Below are positions 1 through 10,539 of a stretch of DNA of 32,000 nt, one piece after another (the stretch's first letter is position 1; the number at the start of each line of letters is the position of its first letter). A program made the position numbers and the translations under genes. The stretch is from Opitutales bacterium (GTDB lineage Bacteria > Verrucomicrobiota > Verrucomicrobiia > Opitutales > UBA2995). Where the stretch lies: contig CBDCML010000001.1 in NCBI GenBank assembly GCA_965218995.1, positions 376,943 through 408,942 of the forward strand, given 5' to 3'. The notes under the pieces are model-generated. The model searched no databases, was not told where the DNA came from, and saw only the letters and a list, made by a program, of their open reading frames with translations.

Positions 1-2401
1 CTACCGAGGAGATGAGTTTTTTGCCAAGCCACAGATAGGGGTGGGTGATTTGAATGGAGATGGTCTCACTGATCTTTGTGTTCAGGTGGAACGTGAGATT
101 TTCTATTTCAGGAAAACAGGACTCAATCCTGTAACCTGGGACCGTATAGTAATCCCCAAGCCTGCCTATACCCAATGGTTAAATCGGCCCACAAAGATAG
201 CCGACCTTAATGGAGACGGTCAGTTGGACATTGTGGGGATGCTTATCCATAATTTCGGCGATATGCCTGAAGGCAAGGCCTCTGTTTTCTGGATGGAGTA
301 TACCGGAGATGAACCGAGAGCGGACAATTGGGTCACTCACGTAATCAAATGGTCAAATGGAAACATCACAGGCCAAAACTTTCGGGGGGAGAAATGGGAT
401 CATTTGCGGTTCCTCGACATGGACCGTGACGGAGATTTGGACATCATTGGCAACTGCGAGGAACACTATGACTCGGTACGTCGTACCCAGGTTGGTGTCG
501 TGTGGTTCGAAAACCGACTCAATGAACCGGCCCATATTTTTACCGAAGATAGTAACGGCCTCACAGTTATCGAAGCCGAAAACTACTCAGGTATGAGTGA
601 TGGCGATTGGTTTATTCATACAGATCATGGGGGTTATATTGGAGACGGTTACCTGGTTGAGTTTCACTCGGAGGACCAGCCGGACCAGGATTGGAATCAG
701 AGTGGAGGAGTTAACTACGAAGTTAACCTGGAGGGAGGAGAATACGACATTTGGGTCCGTCGCTGGGTCCCGTCGACTTGGGGAAGACGCGGAGGTGAGA
801 GATCAAATTCCGTTTGGCTCGGAATCAATGGAGAATTGATGGGGGAATCCTTCTTCGACAACAGTTCTGAAGCTTTTGACTGTTGGACTTGGTTGAATCA
901 ATCTGAAGACGGGTTTCCACTTACGGTGTCTCTACCCGAAGGCCGCCACCTAATAAACCTACAGGGCCGTGAAGGTGGATATGCTATTGATCAGATGGTC
1001 ATTGCTCGGGTGGGTGCCAGATTCAATAGAGACGATATCTGCGATTGGCGCAGGCAAAACGCAGTCGTCAAAGTCGGCACACTCGTCCATCCGGACAACG
1101 TTGTCGTCAACAACACCGAGACTCCCTTGTACATCATACTCGGCAGCATTCCCATCCCCGCTGACGAGAAAACCTATGTTCGCGATGTTGATATATTTGT
1201 TGGTCAAAGCGGTTTGCCCATGAATGCGGACGGCACGCCCGTGGACCCGGCTGCGACCATGGAGGGACTCACCACGACGACCGATGACGGGGTCAACAAC
1301 AATTCGATTACCGGCATAGACAGTTGGAACATCAATAATGGCGCTGGACGCAATGCTACATCGCCGGAATGGGAAACCCGCATGTTCGGCGGTTTGGATA
1401 CCTTTACCAGCACCAATGGTGATGGTGTCGATTTTATCATGATCGAACAGGGCGGAAATGACGATTTGTGGGTACAACCGGTATTCCCGGACGGCACAAC
1501 CGGCCAATATGTCAAGCTGGCTGCCGGAGACGGAGTGGAGTGGGGTGACACCGGCCTGGTTACCCTGGACGGAGCGCCCGGCGTTGGCCAAAAGATCGTC
1601 GGTCTCGGCTGGAAAGTTGAAGACCTGCTGGATGCGGAGGGCAATAACCTGGCTCCGGACACGGAAATTTTGGGATTGCGTTTCAATGACCCTGCTCAGG
1701 GGGATGATCCTGCCCTTGATCCATTGTTGGTCGTCGCGGTCATTATTGGTGCGGATACTACACCGCGTGCAGTAGGTGAAATGGCTGGATCCAACACCAT
1801 AACTTTGGCAGCGGATCCTACTGCGGAAATTACAGTGGGCAAGTTGGTCCAGCTTGAGGATGGAACGACAGTGGGTAAGATCGCCTCTATTGCCGGTCGG
1901 GTGCTTACCTTGGAAGCTCCGCTGTCAGTGGCAATTCCAGGTGATGCGCCTCTATCCTTTGTTGACGACGTCTTCCAAATCGAAACTGCAGGAAATGTGG
2001 TCAACATTTCGACCCGTGGCCTGGTGGGCGCCGGTGATGAAGCTATGATTGGTGGTTTCATCGTTTTTGATGGCAATCAAACCGTGGTCGTTTTCGTTAA
2101 AGCCTCCGAGCTCGCTGCAGCTGGGGTGCCCAACTTATTGGCGGACCCGGTGCTCACGATCGAGAATCAGGCAACCGGGGAGGTCATTATGGAAAACGAC
2201 AATTGGGAAGACGATCCTGCTCAGGCCCAATTGATAGCTGACCTTTGGGGAGGTACAGCTCCGCTGACCCTCGGAAGTACCAGTTCAGCCGCTGTTCTTA
2301 CGGTCCCACTAGGCAATTGGACTGCTAGAGTGAACGCCAAAGAAGGAACCGCCTCAGGTGGCATTGCTCAAATCGAAGTATACGAAGTACAAGACAACTA
2401 A
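1..2401 (+). CDS. FG-GAP/VCBS-repeat protein with CBM-like middle domain; 5' end lies outside the window
   Basis: The frame stays open from nt 2 up to the listed GTG at 41, so the gene is 5'-truncated. Repeated Ca-binding FG-GAP loops are present (DLNGDGLTD, DLNGDGQLD, DMDRDGDLD). A 'VIEAENYSG...GDGYLVEF' segment looks carbohydrate-binding. Stop TAA at 2399-2401. Confidence 0.7.
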   Translation, partial: YRGDEFFAKPQIGVGDLNGDGLTDLCVQVEREIFYFRKTGLNPVTWDRIVIPKPAYTQWLNRPTKIADLNGDGQLDIVGMLIHNFGDMPEGKASVFWMEYTGDEPRADNWVTHVIKWSNGNITGQNFRGEKWDHLRFLDMDRDGDLDIIGNCEEHYDSVRRTQVGVVWFENRLNEPAHIFTEDSNGLTVIEAENYSGMSDGDWFIHTDHGGYIGDGYLVEFHSEDQPDQDWNQSGGVNYEVNLEGGEYDIWVRRWVPSTWGRRGGERSNSVWLGINGELMGESFFDNSSEAFDCWTWLNQSEDGFPLTVSLPEGRHLINLQGREGGYAIDQMVIARVGARFNRDDICDWRRQNAVVKVGTLVHPDNVVVNNTETPLYIILGSIPIPADEKTYVRDVDIFVGQSGLPMNADGTPVDPAATMEGLTTTTDDGVNNNSITGIDSWNINNGAGRNATSPEWETRMFGGLDTFTSTNGDGVDFIMIEQGGNDDLWVQPVFPDGTTGQYVKLAAGDGVEWGDTGLVTLDGAPGVGQKIVGLGWKVEDLLDAEGNNLAPDTEILGLRFNDPAQGDDPALDPLLVVAVIIGADTTPRAVGEMAGSNTITLAADPTAEITVGKLVQLEDGTTVGKIASIAGRVLTLEAPLSVAIPGDAPLSFVDDVFQIETAGNVVNISTRGLVGAGDEAMIGGFIVFDGNQTVVVFVKASELAAAGVPNLLADPVLTIENQATGEVIMENDNWEDDPAQAQLIADLWGGTAPLTLGSTSSAAVLTVPLGNWTARVNAKEGTASGGIAQIEVYEVQDN

Positions 2402-2421
2402 GGTTTCTGAACCATCTTAGA

Positions 2422-2934
2422 ACTTTCACTGTTGGCGACGATGGCGCCACCACCCGCATTCCGGCCGGTCTGGGTGATAATACGGGTCACGGCTCTCGTT
2501 ACGACGCCCAGTTGACTCGAGTAGAGGATCATCCCATCCACGCGGGGTTCCCACGCCAATGGGTTGCCGCTGACATCGAAGTCTATCGTTATGCTCGCGG
2601 ACCGGCGGAGAACCTGACCGTATTATCCTATGCCAAAGATCGCGATCTGGACATCAACTTTCCGGTCGAATGGGTGGTGGAATTCGGGCAAGGCCGCGTT
2701 TACAATTCCACGCTGGGTCACGTATGGAAAGACCAATCGGAGCCATTGGGTATACGGTGCGTCGGCTTTCAAACCTTGCTGCCGCGAATCGTTCAGTGGC
2801 TTGCGGGACGTGAAGTGGACAAAACACTTCCGGATGATTTCCCGGATCAGACCTCGGCTCAAATCCGCCCCTACGATGTGTCCATAGGCCGCCAACCTCA
2901 GAGTCAATTCTCCGGCCCCAAACACCCAAACTGA
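2422..2934 (+). pseudogene. ThuA-domain-like gene fragment lacking its N-terminal part
   Basis: The open frame begins right after an in-frame TAG (2419-2421), and the only start candidate is a TTG at 2512. 'HPIHAGFP...VYRY...GQGRVYNSTLGHVW' resembles the C-terminal half of ThuA-like proteins (recognised from memory). The stop TGA lies inside the repeat module CCCAAACTGAAGCATTCCTAATTCC. Confidence 0.4.
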
Positions 2935-3307
2935 AGCATTCCTAATTCCTAATTCGTGAGCATAGCGAACTTCCCTCCCTTCCTCCGCGACCCTCCAATA
3001 AGAAATAGGATAAATAGCCACAAAAGGCACAAAAACACAAAATTGTAGGAGCGGCTTCGACACGCCGTTGCACGTCTCGCCGCTGCATAGCTTTGCGACG
3101 CACGGTAGCAACTTTGCGACGAACGGTGCAACGGCGTGTCGTCAGGATCATGATCAAGATCACGAATTACCTCTGCATGCCACGCCGTAGGCCTTGGCCT
3201 AGACGGGCGCCTTTGCGCCTTTGGCGCTCTTCCCCTCTGTGCGTCCTCCGGGAGCTTTGCCTGCCTGTGCGTCCGCACGCAGACAGGCGAGATCCAACTC
3301 CTAATAC
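2927..3307. repeat. Mosaic of short interspersed repeat modules
   Basis: Contains a CCTAATT heptamer run (2944-2957), a degenerate GGCACAAA-like run (3024-3044), a GTAGGAGCGG REP-like word (3046-) and a GATCATGATCAAGATCACG word. Modules at 3076-3105 and 3255-3277 recur at 29640-29672 (inverted) and 29408-29430. Confidence 0.6.
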
Positions 3308-3351
3308 TGGTCTTCCCCCGATTTTGTGGACACGAACAGCGTAGCGTATGT

Positions 3352-4544
3352 TCATGTTAGGTTATGGTTTTGATTTTGGAAGTGTTTTTGAAGAAATGCT
3401 TCTGGTGAAAGGTATCCCAGGGTGCTGTGCCTTCGACGTTTGTTATAAAAAGTCTCGAGGTAATCGAAGATGGCCAGGCGGGCCTGCTGCTTGGATTCGA
3501 ACACGCCGTTTTGGGGAAAGCATTCGCTTTTGAGGGAGGCAAAGAAGCTCTCGCAAGCGGCGTTGTCGTAACAGTATCCTAGCGCGCTCATGCTCTGAAT
3601 CCAACCAAAGTCGTTCAATTGCTGCCGCACTTGGTGACTGGTATACTGGCAGCCACGATCTGAATGAAAGAGGGCTTTGTGAAAACCTCCCACTCGATTC
3701 CTGGTCTGGTGAAGGGCTGAAACGACCAGACCGGAGGCCAGGCTCTCGGCCACCTTGTAGCCCTGAATTACGCGGCCGAAGAGGTCCATCACGACCGCTA
3801 GATACAACCAGCCTTGCCGAGTGGGGATGTAGGTGATGTCGCTGACCATGATTTGGCCGGGCCCGGTCGGGTCCGGAGCCTCGGCCAGACGGTTGGGCGC
3901 TGGGAGGCTGCGGGGATCCTGCCGGGTCGTCTTGGGCCGGAAGGGGCTACCCCTACAGGCTTTTAGAGCATTTTGCTTCATCAGCCGGGCCACCCGGTTA
4001 ACCGAGCAGCGAAAACCCCGCTGGTTGAGCTCCACGCTCATGCGAGGACTACCGTAACAGCGGGTGTGCCGGTCGGCATGGATCCGTTTGATTTCGCTCA
4101 GGAGGAGCCGATTTTGGCGGCGGCGCGCTCCCGCCTTACCCCTGCGCCATCGGTAATAACCACTCCTGCTCACAGCCAGCGCCTGACAAAGTTCAACCAC
4201 TCTATAGATTGCCCGCATTTGATCGATCAGCGCATACCCAGCTGCGGGTCCTCGGCCAGTATGCTCGCGGCTTTTTTTAAGATCTCTCGCTGGCGACGCA
4301 GGTAAGCGTTTTCCCGGTTTAGCCGACGGATCTCGCGGGCCATCTCTTCGGGATCGTTCAAGGGGCGGGAAAGTCCCTGCTGGTCGGAGGGGTCCCCGAA
4401 GAGATCCTTGCGCCACTTCCTGAGGCTCCCATCGGAAATCCCCAGTTCACGGGCCACCTGCTTGAGGCTGTTGTTACTGTGCAAATAGAGTTCAACGGCT
4501 CGACGTTTGAACTCCTCATCATAGGTTCTGTGGGTTCTTGGCAT
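3352..4544 (-). CDS. IS3-family transposase OrfAB (orfA 4227-4544, orfB frame 3352-4416, -1 frameshift)
   Basis: OrfA is an HTH protein ('EEFKRRAVELY...LKQVARELGIS...LRKW'). OrfB has an rve/DDE core ('SDITYIPT...LAVVMDLF', 'HSDRGCQYTS', 'ESFFASLKSE'). Confidence 0.9.
4272..4278 (-). promoter_or_regulatory. A7 slippery heptamer for programmed -1 ribosomal frameshift (orfA to orfB)
   Basis: The minus strand reads TTA AAA AAA GCC in the orfA frame. A shift to -1 continues as 'KKSREHTGRG...' in the orfB frame. This is the typical IS3 arrangement. Confidence 0.7.
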
Positions 4545-4731
4545 GTCTAATGATCTCTCTCAGACTGCGCTGTTCGTGTCCACAAAATCGGGGGAGGTTC
4601 ATACCTCATCCGTGCCCAACCACGTACCCTGTCCTGCCGTAGCCTCTTGACCTGCGTAGCATTGCGAAGCACGGTTTGGGCGAAGCGGGATCTGTGGTTA
4701 ATCTCTCTCAGCACTTTCAGCCTTTTTAACC

Positions 4732-4787
4732 TTTGTGCCTTTGTGCCTTTGTGCCTTTGTGCCTTTGTGCCTTTGTGCCTTTGTGCC
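4732..4787 (-). repeat. (GGCACAAA)7 octamer tandem array (reads TTTGTGCC on + strand)
   Basis: Seven perfect 8-bp units counted directly. Same unit as the arrays at 24687-24742 and 31538-31721, in opposite orientation. Confidence 0.95.
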
Positions 4788-4803
4788 TTGTCTTTCCTAA
4801 TCC

Positions 4804-6459
4804 CTAGGATTCCGATATGCAATACAGGTAGTCGTGCCCCCGCAGGAACAATTCGTTTTCCACGATGGCAGGTGAGGCGTCGAACCCGTCGCTCAATTTA
4901 TTCTCGGCCACGATCTCAAAGGTATCCGCGTCTTTCAAAACCAGGGTAGTGCCCTCCCGGCCTACCACGTAGATATAACCATTGGCGGCAATGGGGGAGG
5001 CGTAAATCCCCCGGATCCCCTCCAGGGATTCATCGCGGAAAATTTCTTTCCCGGTTTCCGCGTCCAGGCAGGTATAATAGGCGTCGTTACCTTTGTTCAC
5101 GTACAACCTGCCATTGGACAATACGGCCGACGGAACGTAGGGAGCGCTGTGGCGGACACTCCACACTATGGCGTCGGAATCGGACACATCCCCCTTGGCC
5201 GACAACTCGATGGCCTGAATGGATCGTCCCTGATATCCACTCATTACGTAAACCTTATCGTTTCCCACCACGGGTGTGGGGATTACATTGCCGGTCAAGC
5301 CGCTGGCCTCCCATATGAGGTCCCCCGTGGCCGCGTCGTAACTGCGGGTCGCGTTGGTGCCTGGCAATATGACTTGTTGTTGTCCTTCTACTTCCACCAC
5401 CGTGGGGGTCACCCAGGAGGTTCGCTCGTCCCGCTTCACCCTCCAGACCTCCTCGCCGTTGCCTTTATCCAGCGCTATGAGGTAGGATTGCCCCTCGTTA
5501 TCCCAATTGATGAAGAGATGGTCTCCGGCCAGGGCAGGAGAGGCTCCTTCCCCGAAGCCGGCCCGTGACTGGAGGTTGCCCAGGTCTCTCTCCCATTTCA
5601 GGTTACCCTCCAAATCGTAACAATACAAGCCCCTGGACCCGAAGAAGGCATACAAGTGTTCCCCATCCGTAACGGAGGAGGCCGAAGCGAAGCCATTGGT
5701 GGGATGGTGTCCCTCGTGGGGCACTTCCGCCCGGGCCGTTTTTTGCCAGAGCACTTCTCCCGAGGCACGATCCAGCGCCATGACGGAAAATTCCTGCGCC
5801 ACGGTTGGGACGGCTCCTCCACGACCTCCGCGCCCGGGCCCGCCGGCTTGACCCCCACGACCCCCACGACCCCCGCGCTGGCCGCCAAAACTGGCTCGCA
5901 AGGCAGCCCGCTCCTCTTCGTTGAGCTGGCCGTCACCGTCCTTGTCGAAACGCTTGAGCATCTCTTCCCGGTTTTCTCTACCTCCCGGTCCTCCACCGAA
6001 TCCGGCCCCGGCTTCCCCGCCGCGGGCTTGGGCCCCTCCTCGCGGGCGTTCCCCGCGGGCTTGGGCCCCTCCTCGCGGGCGATCATCTCCTGCCTGGACC
6101 TGTCTTTGCGGGCGATCACCTGCCCCGGACAGGGCTCTCCTCTGGGTGTCGACCTGTCCGCTTGGCTCCTCTCCCTGGGGAATGGCGGTGAGCAGAAAAA
6201 TCTGGTCGCCCCATATGATGGGTGTTGCCAACCCGGCCCCGGGGATCCTGGTTTTCCACTTGATATTGGAATCATCGCTCCATTGCAACGGTGGTTTTTC
6301 TCCCTGGACCACCCCGGTTTGGGAATTTCCGCGCCAAGTCGGCCAGGATGCCGTGTCGGCCGCGCTGATCCGGGATGCGAGGCAGAGGAGCAAAGTAAAG
6401 GTAAAAAAGAAGTGGTGCATTACGTTATTCATATTGAGAGGGGATTGGAACATTCTCAT
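4804..6459 (-). CDS. PQQ-like beta-propeller repeat protein with Gly/Arg-rich EF-hand insertion
   Basis: Signal-like N-terminus (FFFTFTLLLCLASRISA). 'WPTWRGN...' and repeated propeller blades ('YVVGREGTLVLKD', 'LYCYDLEGNLKWE'). Low-complexity insert at residues ~95-217 with an EF-hand loop DKDGDGQLNEEE (5911-5946). Confidence 0.75.
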   Translation of the reverse strand: MRMFQSPLNMNNVMHHFFFTFTLLLCLASRISAADTASWPTWRGNSQTGVVQGEKPPLQWSDDSNIKWKTRIPGAGLATPIIWGDQIFLLTAIPQGEEPSGQVDTQRRALSGAGDRPQRQVQAGDDRPRGGAQARGERPRGGAQARGGEAGAGFGGGPGGRENREEMLKRFDKDGDGQLNEEERAALRASFGGQRGGRGGRGGQAGGPGRGGRGGAVPTVAQEFSVMALDRASGEVLWQKTARAEVPHEGHHPTNGFASASSVTDGEHLYAFFGSRGLYCYDLEGNLKWERDLGNLQSRAGFGEGASPALAGDHLFINWDNEGQSYLIALDKGNGEEVWRVKRDERTSWVTPTVVEVEGQQQVILPGTNATRSYDAATGDLIWEASGLTGNVIPTPVVGNDKVYVMSGYQGRSIQAIELSAKGDVSDSDAIVWSVRHSAPYVPSAVLSNGRLYVNKGNDAYYTCLDAETGKEIFRDESLEGIRGIYASPIAANGYIYVVGREGTTLVLKDADTFEIVAENKLSDGFDASPAIVENELFLRGHDYLYCISES

Positions 6460-6978
6460 TTTTAAACGGTTAACGCGCGGATGGAACGTCCGAGTTACAA
6501 AATTTGTCCCGAATCAGGAATTGACCACGGATTACAGTATGCCGTGCAAAGCCACGGGACTCCAGTGGGAGAGTCAACTAAAACCCACCCGGGAACTGGT
6601 CGCTCCACCCGGTACCACCTGGAGGGACGTTCAGAGGTAACGATGAAAGTTCAAGTTCTTCAGGAAAAGGCCCCGAGAGGGGGTCAGGGAGCACCTAGGC
6701 CGTAACATGCGTGAACACCGAGCAGGCCTCGAAAAGGTCAATGCGGACGCCGATCCTGCTGTAATTAGGAGAAGGCTGACACGGCACACCGAACATGCCG
6801 AGTCCGGGAAGAGAGGACGTAATGAGCGACGATAGACGTGTGCTGGTTCGCCGGGGTAGTGGTGACGGCATGGGAGCAAAGGAGTCCCGTAGGAACACGG
6901 GAAGCCCTGGTAAGCAGAGCGTGAAGGCTCAAAGTGGTCTTCCCCCGATTTTGTGGACACGAACAGCGTAGCGTATGT

Positions 6979-8171
6979 TCATGTTAGGTTATGGTTTTGA
7001 TTTTGGAAGTGTTTTTGAAGAAATGCTTCTGGTGAAAGGTATCCCAGGGTGCTGTGCCTTCGACGTTTGTTATAAAAAGTCTCGAGGTAATCGAAGATGG
7101 CCAGGCGGGCCTGCTGCTTGGATTCGAACACGCCGTTTTGGGGAAAGCATTCGCTTTTGAGGGAGGCAAAGAAGCTCTCGCAAGCGGCGTTGTCGTAACA
7201 GTATCCTAGCGCGCTCATGCTCTGAATCCAACCAAAGTCGTTCAATTGCTGCCGCACTTGGTGACTGGTATACTGGCAGCCACGATCTGAATGAAAGAGG
7301 GCTTTGTGAAAACCTCCCACTCGATTCCTGGTCTGGTGAAGGGCTGAAACGACCAGACCGGAGGCCAGGCTCTCGGCCACCTTGTAGCCCTGAATTACGC
7401 GGCCGAAGAGGTCCATCACGACCGCTAGATACAACCAGCCTTGCCGAGTGGGGATGTAGGTGATGTCGCTGACCATGATTTGGCCGGGCCCGGTCGGGTC
7501 CGGAGCCTCGGCCAGACGGTTGGGCGCTGGGAGGCTGCGGGGATCCTGCCGGGTCGTCTTGGGCCGGAAGGGGCTACCCCTACAGGCTTTTAGAGCATTT
7601 TGCTTCATCAGCCGGGCCACCCGGTTAACCGAGCAGCGAAAACCCCGCTGGTTGAGCTCCACGCTCATGCGAGGACTACCGTAACAGCGGGTGTGCCGGT
7701 CGGCATGGATCCGTTTGATTTCGCTCAGGAGGAGCCGATTTTGGCGGCGGCGCGCTCCCGCCTTACCCCTGCGCCATCGGTAATAACCACTCCTGCTCAC
7801 AGCCAGCGCCTGACAAAGTTCAACCACTCTATAGATTGCCCGCATTTGATCGATCAGCGCATACCCAGCTGCGGGTCCTCGGCCAGTATGCTCGCGGCTT
7901 TTTTTAAGATCTCTCGCTGGCGACGCAGGTAAGCGTTTTCCCGGTTTAGCCGACGGATCTCGCGGGCCATCTCTTCGGGATCGTTCAAGGGGCGGGAAAG
8001 TCCCTGCTGGTCGGAGGGGTCCCCGAAGAGATCCTTGCGCCACTTCCTGAGGCTCCCATCGGAAATCCCCAGTTCACGGGCCACCTGCTTGAGGCTGTTG
8101 TTACTGTGCAAATAGAGTTCAACGGCTCGACGTTTGAACTCCTCATCATAGGTTCTGTGGGTTCTTGGCAT
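6979..8171 (-). CDS. IS3-family transposase OrfAB (orfA 7854-8171, orfB frame 6979-8043)
   Basis: Translation identical to copy 1. Confidence 0.9.
7899..7905 (-). promoter_or_regulatory. A7 slippery site (-1 frameshift), IS copy 2
   Basis: Run of 7 T on the + strand at the orfA/orfB overlap, as in copy 1. Confidence 0.7.
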
Positions 8172-8482
8172 GTCTAATGATCTCTCTCAGACTGCGCTGT
8201 TCGTGTCCACAAAATCGGGGGAGGTTCAAACAGGACTCCCGCGAGGGACAGGTCTGGCCTGCGAGGGTGGCGGAGAGGCCCGTAGTAGTGAAGACGCGCG
8301 TAACGAGCGCCGAGCAAAGGGGCCTCAGTTCCAAGGCAACGCGACAAGTGGGGTAAGAGTGGAGAGTGACGAGAGTCTACCACCTCCGGAAAAGCTCTGG
8401 AAACTGCAAGAAACGTTGCATGCCAAAGCGAAGGGAAGTCAAGTAACTTCCCGTGGGCGAAAGCATGAAATCACCTTGGTCC

Positions 8483-8519
<37 letters not shown>

Positions 8520-8708
8520 TGAGCGGGGGTGTGGAAACGGATCCTTTAATGGACACCGCGCCACCCCTCGACTCTACCCGAGAGCACAGAAGGGGGAGAA
8601 TTAGGAATGATTGGCCACAAAAAGCACAAAAGGCACAGGAGCAAAGGTCACGGTCCAGGACCCAGGATCCGTGCCCATCCGTGTAATCCGTGGTTAAATT
8701 ATCAGTGG

Positions 8709-10439
8709 CTAGGTGGCGATCCAGACAAAGACGGCGATCAGGCTTATCACCCCGATCCAACCGGCGGTGAAACCGAGGACGGAAACTTTGGAAGGCATGG
8801 GGATTTCCAGGCCGAATGCGGTGGTGAGCATTTTACGTTGGGCGGGCAATACCCCTTCGGGCAATCGGCAGGGGGTGACAATTTCCTCACCCTGAGCGAT
8901 CGGCGTCCGGGTGAGTTGATAGTAGCGATCGAGCCGTTCTTTGTCTACCGGGCGGGTGATAAGACTGACCACAATTCCGGCAGCGATGGCGGAGACCATG
9001 TAGAAAACAATGAGCCAGGGCTCATACATCTCGAGATTTCCCGGCGGTCCATGGGTGAGGTGCAGCGCTTCGGCAAAGGGGAGAGAATTCAACCATTCGG
9101 CAAAAAAGGTTCTTTCGGCCAACCACCAGGCCGCGAAGGCGGTCAAGGTGCTGGCCCATGCCCCGGAGGGGGTGGCTTTCCTCCAAAGCAATCCCATCCA
9201 AAAGGCGATCCCCATCATGGGCAGGATCTTGAGCCAGATCATGAGGCCGGCTATAACCCCGGACAGCCAGAAGGCGAAAACCACCCCGGCAACAACAATG
9301 GCGACCGCTCCGAGGCGACCGACCCACAGGTAATGCGGGATGCTTTCGTTCTGGCGAAAGGGTCGATACAGGTTTTCGGTGAAAAGCGCCGCGGCCGATA
9401 TCATGAAGGAATCACAGGAACTCATGATCCCGGCCAACAGGGATGCGATGAATACCCCCAACAGACCGACCGGGAGAAACTGCCGGGCCATATCGCCGTA
9501 AACGCTGTCGGGATGGATCGAATCCAGTTGCACGCCCTGCTGAATATACAATGCCAGCGCCCCGATACCGGTCAGGCACCAGGCTACCGTGCAAATGCGC
9601 TTGATGAAGGTGCCAGTCATGTAGCCGAGGCGTCCTTCCATTTCCGTTTTTCCAGCGGCCGAATTCCCCATGGCGCTGGGGAGAGCCACGATGCCGACAA
9701 TGACCTGGAAGGAAAGCATGAGGATCCAAAACAGTCCGATCTCACCGGGCGCGACCAGAGAGAGCTTCTCCTGATGATCCACGGCCAGGGTGGCTTTGAC
9801 CCCGCTCAGCCCTCCCGCCGCGGCCAGGACGTAGGGCAACAGCATGAAGGAGAAAAGCAGGGTGAGCACCCCTTGGATAAAGTCTGTCACAACCGCCGCC
9901 CCCAGCCCTCCGGCCAAGCCATATGTGACGAATAAAACCGAAGTGACGACGATGGCCAGATTGGCGTCGATAGCTCCGCCCGTGCCGGCATCGATCAATG
10001 CGCCCGTGCCCTTCAACAACAGGCCGATCTTGGCAATCATGCTGAGAATGCCAACCAGGGAAAACAGGATCGATACGCTTCGGTCATAACGGAGTTCAAA
10101 CACGTCGGCCGTAGTGGTGGCCCGGAACCTCCGCATGATGGGGGCAATGATCCAGAAAAATGGCGTAACCAGGAGCCACAACCACTGGTACCAGATTCCG
10201 GAGAGGCCGTTGCGCACCGTGCCCGAGGCCACCGTTACGGCCTGGTCGGAGGCGGTGCCCGTGCCAAAGGCATGCATGATCATCATGACTTTTCCGAAGC
10301 GCCGGGGCATGAAAAAATCGGCCGACCGTTTCACCTGCTTGCCCGTGTGAACCCCCAGGAGGGTGATCCCGAGCAGGTAGACTACAATTACCGTACCATC
10401 TAGCCAGTGGATGGTGGCGATGGGGAAGGAAAGGGACAC
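8709..10439 (-). CDS. Sodium:solute symporter (SSS) family transporter
   Basis: 576-aa polytopic membrane protein. The N-terminus 'VVYLLGITLLGVHTGKQVKRSADFFMPRRFG' is typical of SSS-family transporters. Confidence 0.8.
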   Translation of the reverse strand: MSLSFPIATIHWLDGTVIVVYLLGITLLGVHTGKQVKRSADFFMPRRFGKVMMIMHAFGTGTASDQAVTVASGTVRNGLSGIWYQWLWLLVTPFFWIIAPIMRRFRATTTADVFELRYDRSVSILFSLVGILSMIAKIGLLLKGTGALIDAGTGGAIDANLAIVVTSVLFVTYGLAGGLGAAVVTDFIQGVLTLLFSFMLLPYVLAAAGGLSGVKATLAVDHQEKLSLVAPGEIGLFWILMLSFQVIVGIVALPSAMGNSAAGKTEMEGRLGYMTGTFIKRICTVAWCLTGIGALALYIQQGVQLDSIHPDSVYGDMARQFLPVGLLGVFIASLLAGIMSSCDSFMISAAALFTENLYRPFRQNESIPHYLWVGRLGAVAIVVAGVVFAFWLSGVIAGLMIWLKILPMMGIAFWMGLLWRKATPSGAWASTLTAFAAWWLAERTFFAEWLNSLPFAEALHLTHGPPGNLEMYEPWLIVFYMVSAIAAGIVVSLITRPVDKERLDRYYQLTRTPIAQGEEIVTPCRLPEGVLPAQRKMLTTAFGLEIPMPSKVSVLGFTAGWIGVISLIAVFVWIAT

Positions 10440-10539
10440 TTTGGACGGGTGGCTAGACTCGGCTGCTCAGCGGTCGGTTGATCCGATCGGCAATGCAAGT
10501 GACCATAAAACACCATATCCCGGAAAATAAATGAAAAAA

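Larger units (their letters stand above)
3308..4601 (-). mobile_element. IS3-family insertion sequence, copy 1 (1,294 bp)
   Basis: 34-bp terminal inverted repeats: TGGTCTTCCCCCGATTTTGTGGACACGAACAGCG at 3308-3341, and the reverse complement of 4568-4601 (TGAACCTCCCCC...), giving TG...CA ends. orfA/orfB are arranged with an A7 slippery site. 3-bp direct repeat TAC at 3305-3307 and 4602-4604. Confidence 0.92.
6935..8228 (-). mobile_element. IS3-family insertion sequence, copy 2 (1,294 bp)
   Basis: Same sequence as copy 1; all ORFs in several frames translate identically. The flanking triplets differ (AAG at 6932-6934, AAC at 8229-8231). Confidence 0.92.

Noticed and set aside
3348-4305. Small + strand ORFs inside each IS copy (61, 74 and 110 aa)
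   Set aside because: They are antisense to the transposase frames and have no motifs. They are identical in all copies only because the IS copies are identical.
5598-6640. Overlapping 225-269-aa ORFs in other frames of the PQQ-like gene
   Set aside because: They are generated by the GC-rich Gly/Arg low-complexity insert. The propeller frame has clear family motifs and a signal peptide.
8607-9935. 442-aa ORF antisense to the symporter gene
   Set aside because: Its composition is low-complexity and Gly/Pro/His-rich. It lies fully inside the well-supported SSS transporter on the other strand, so it is a shadow ORF.
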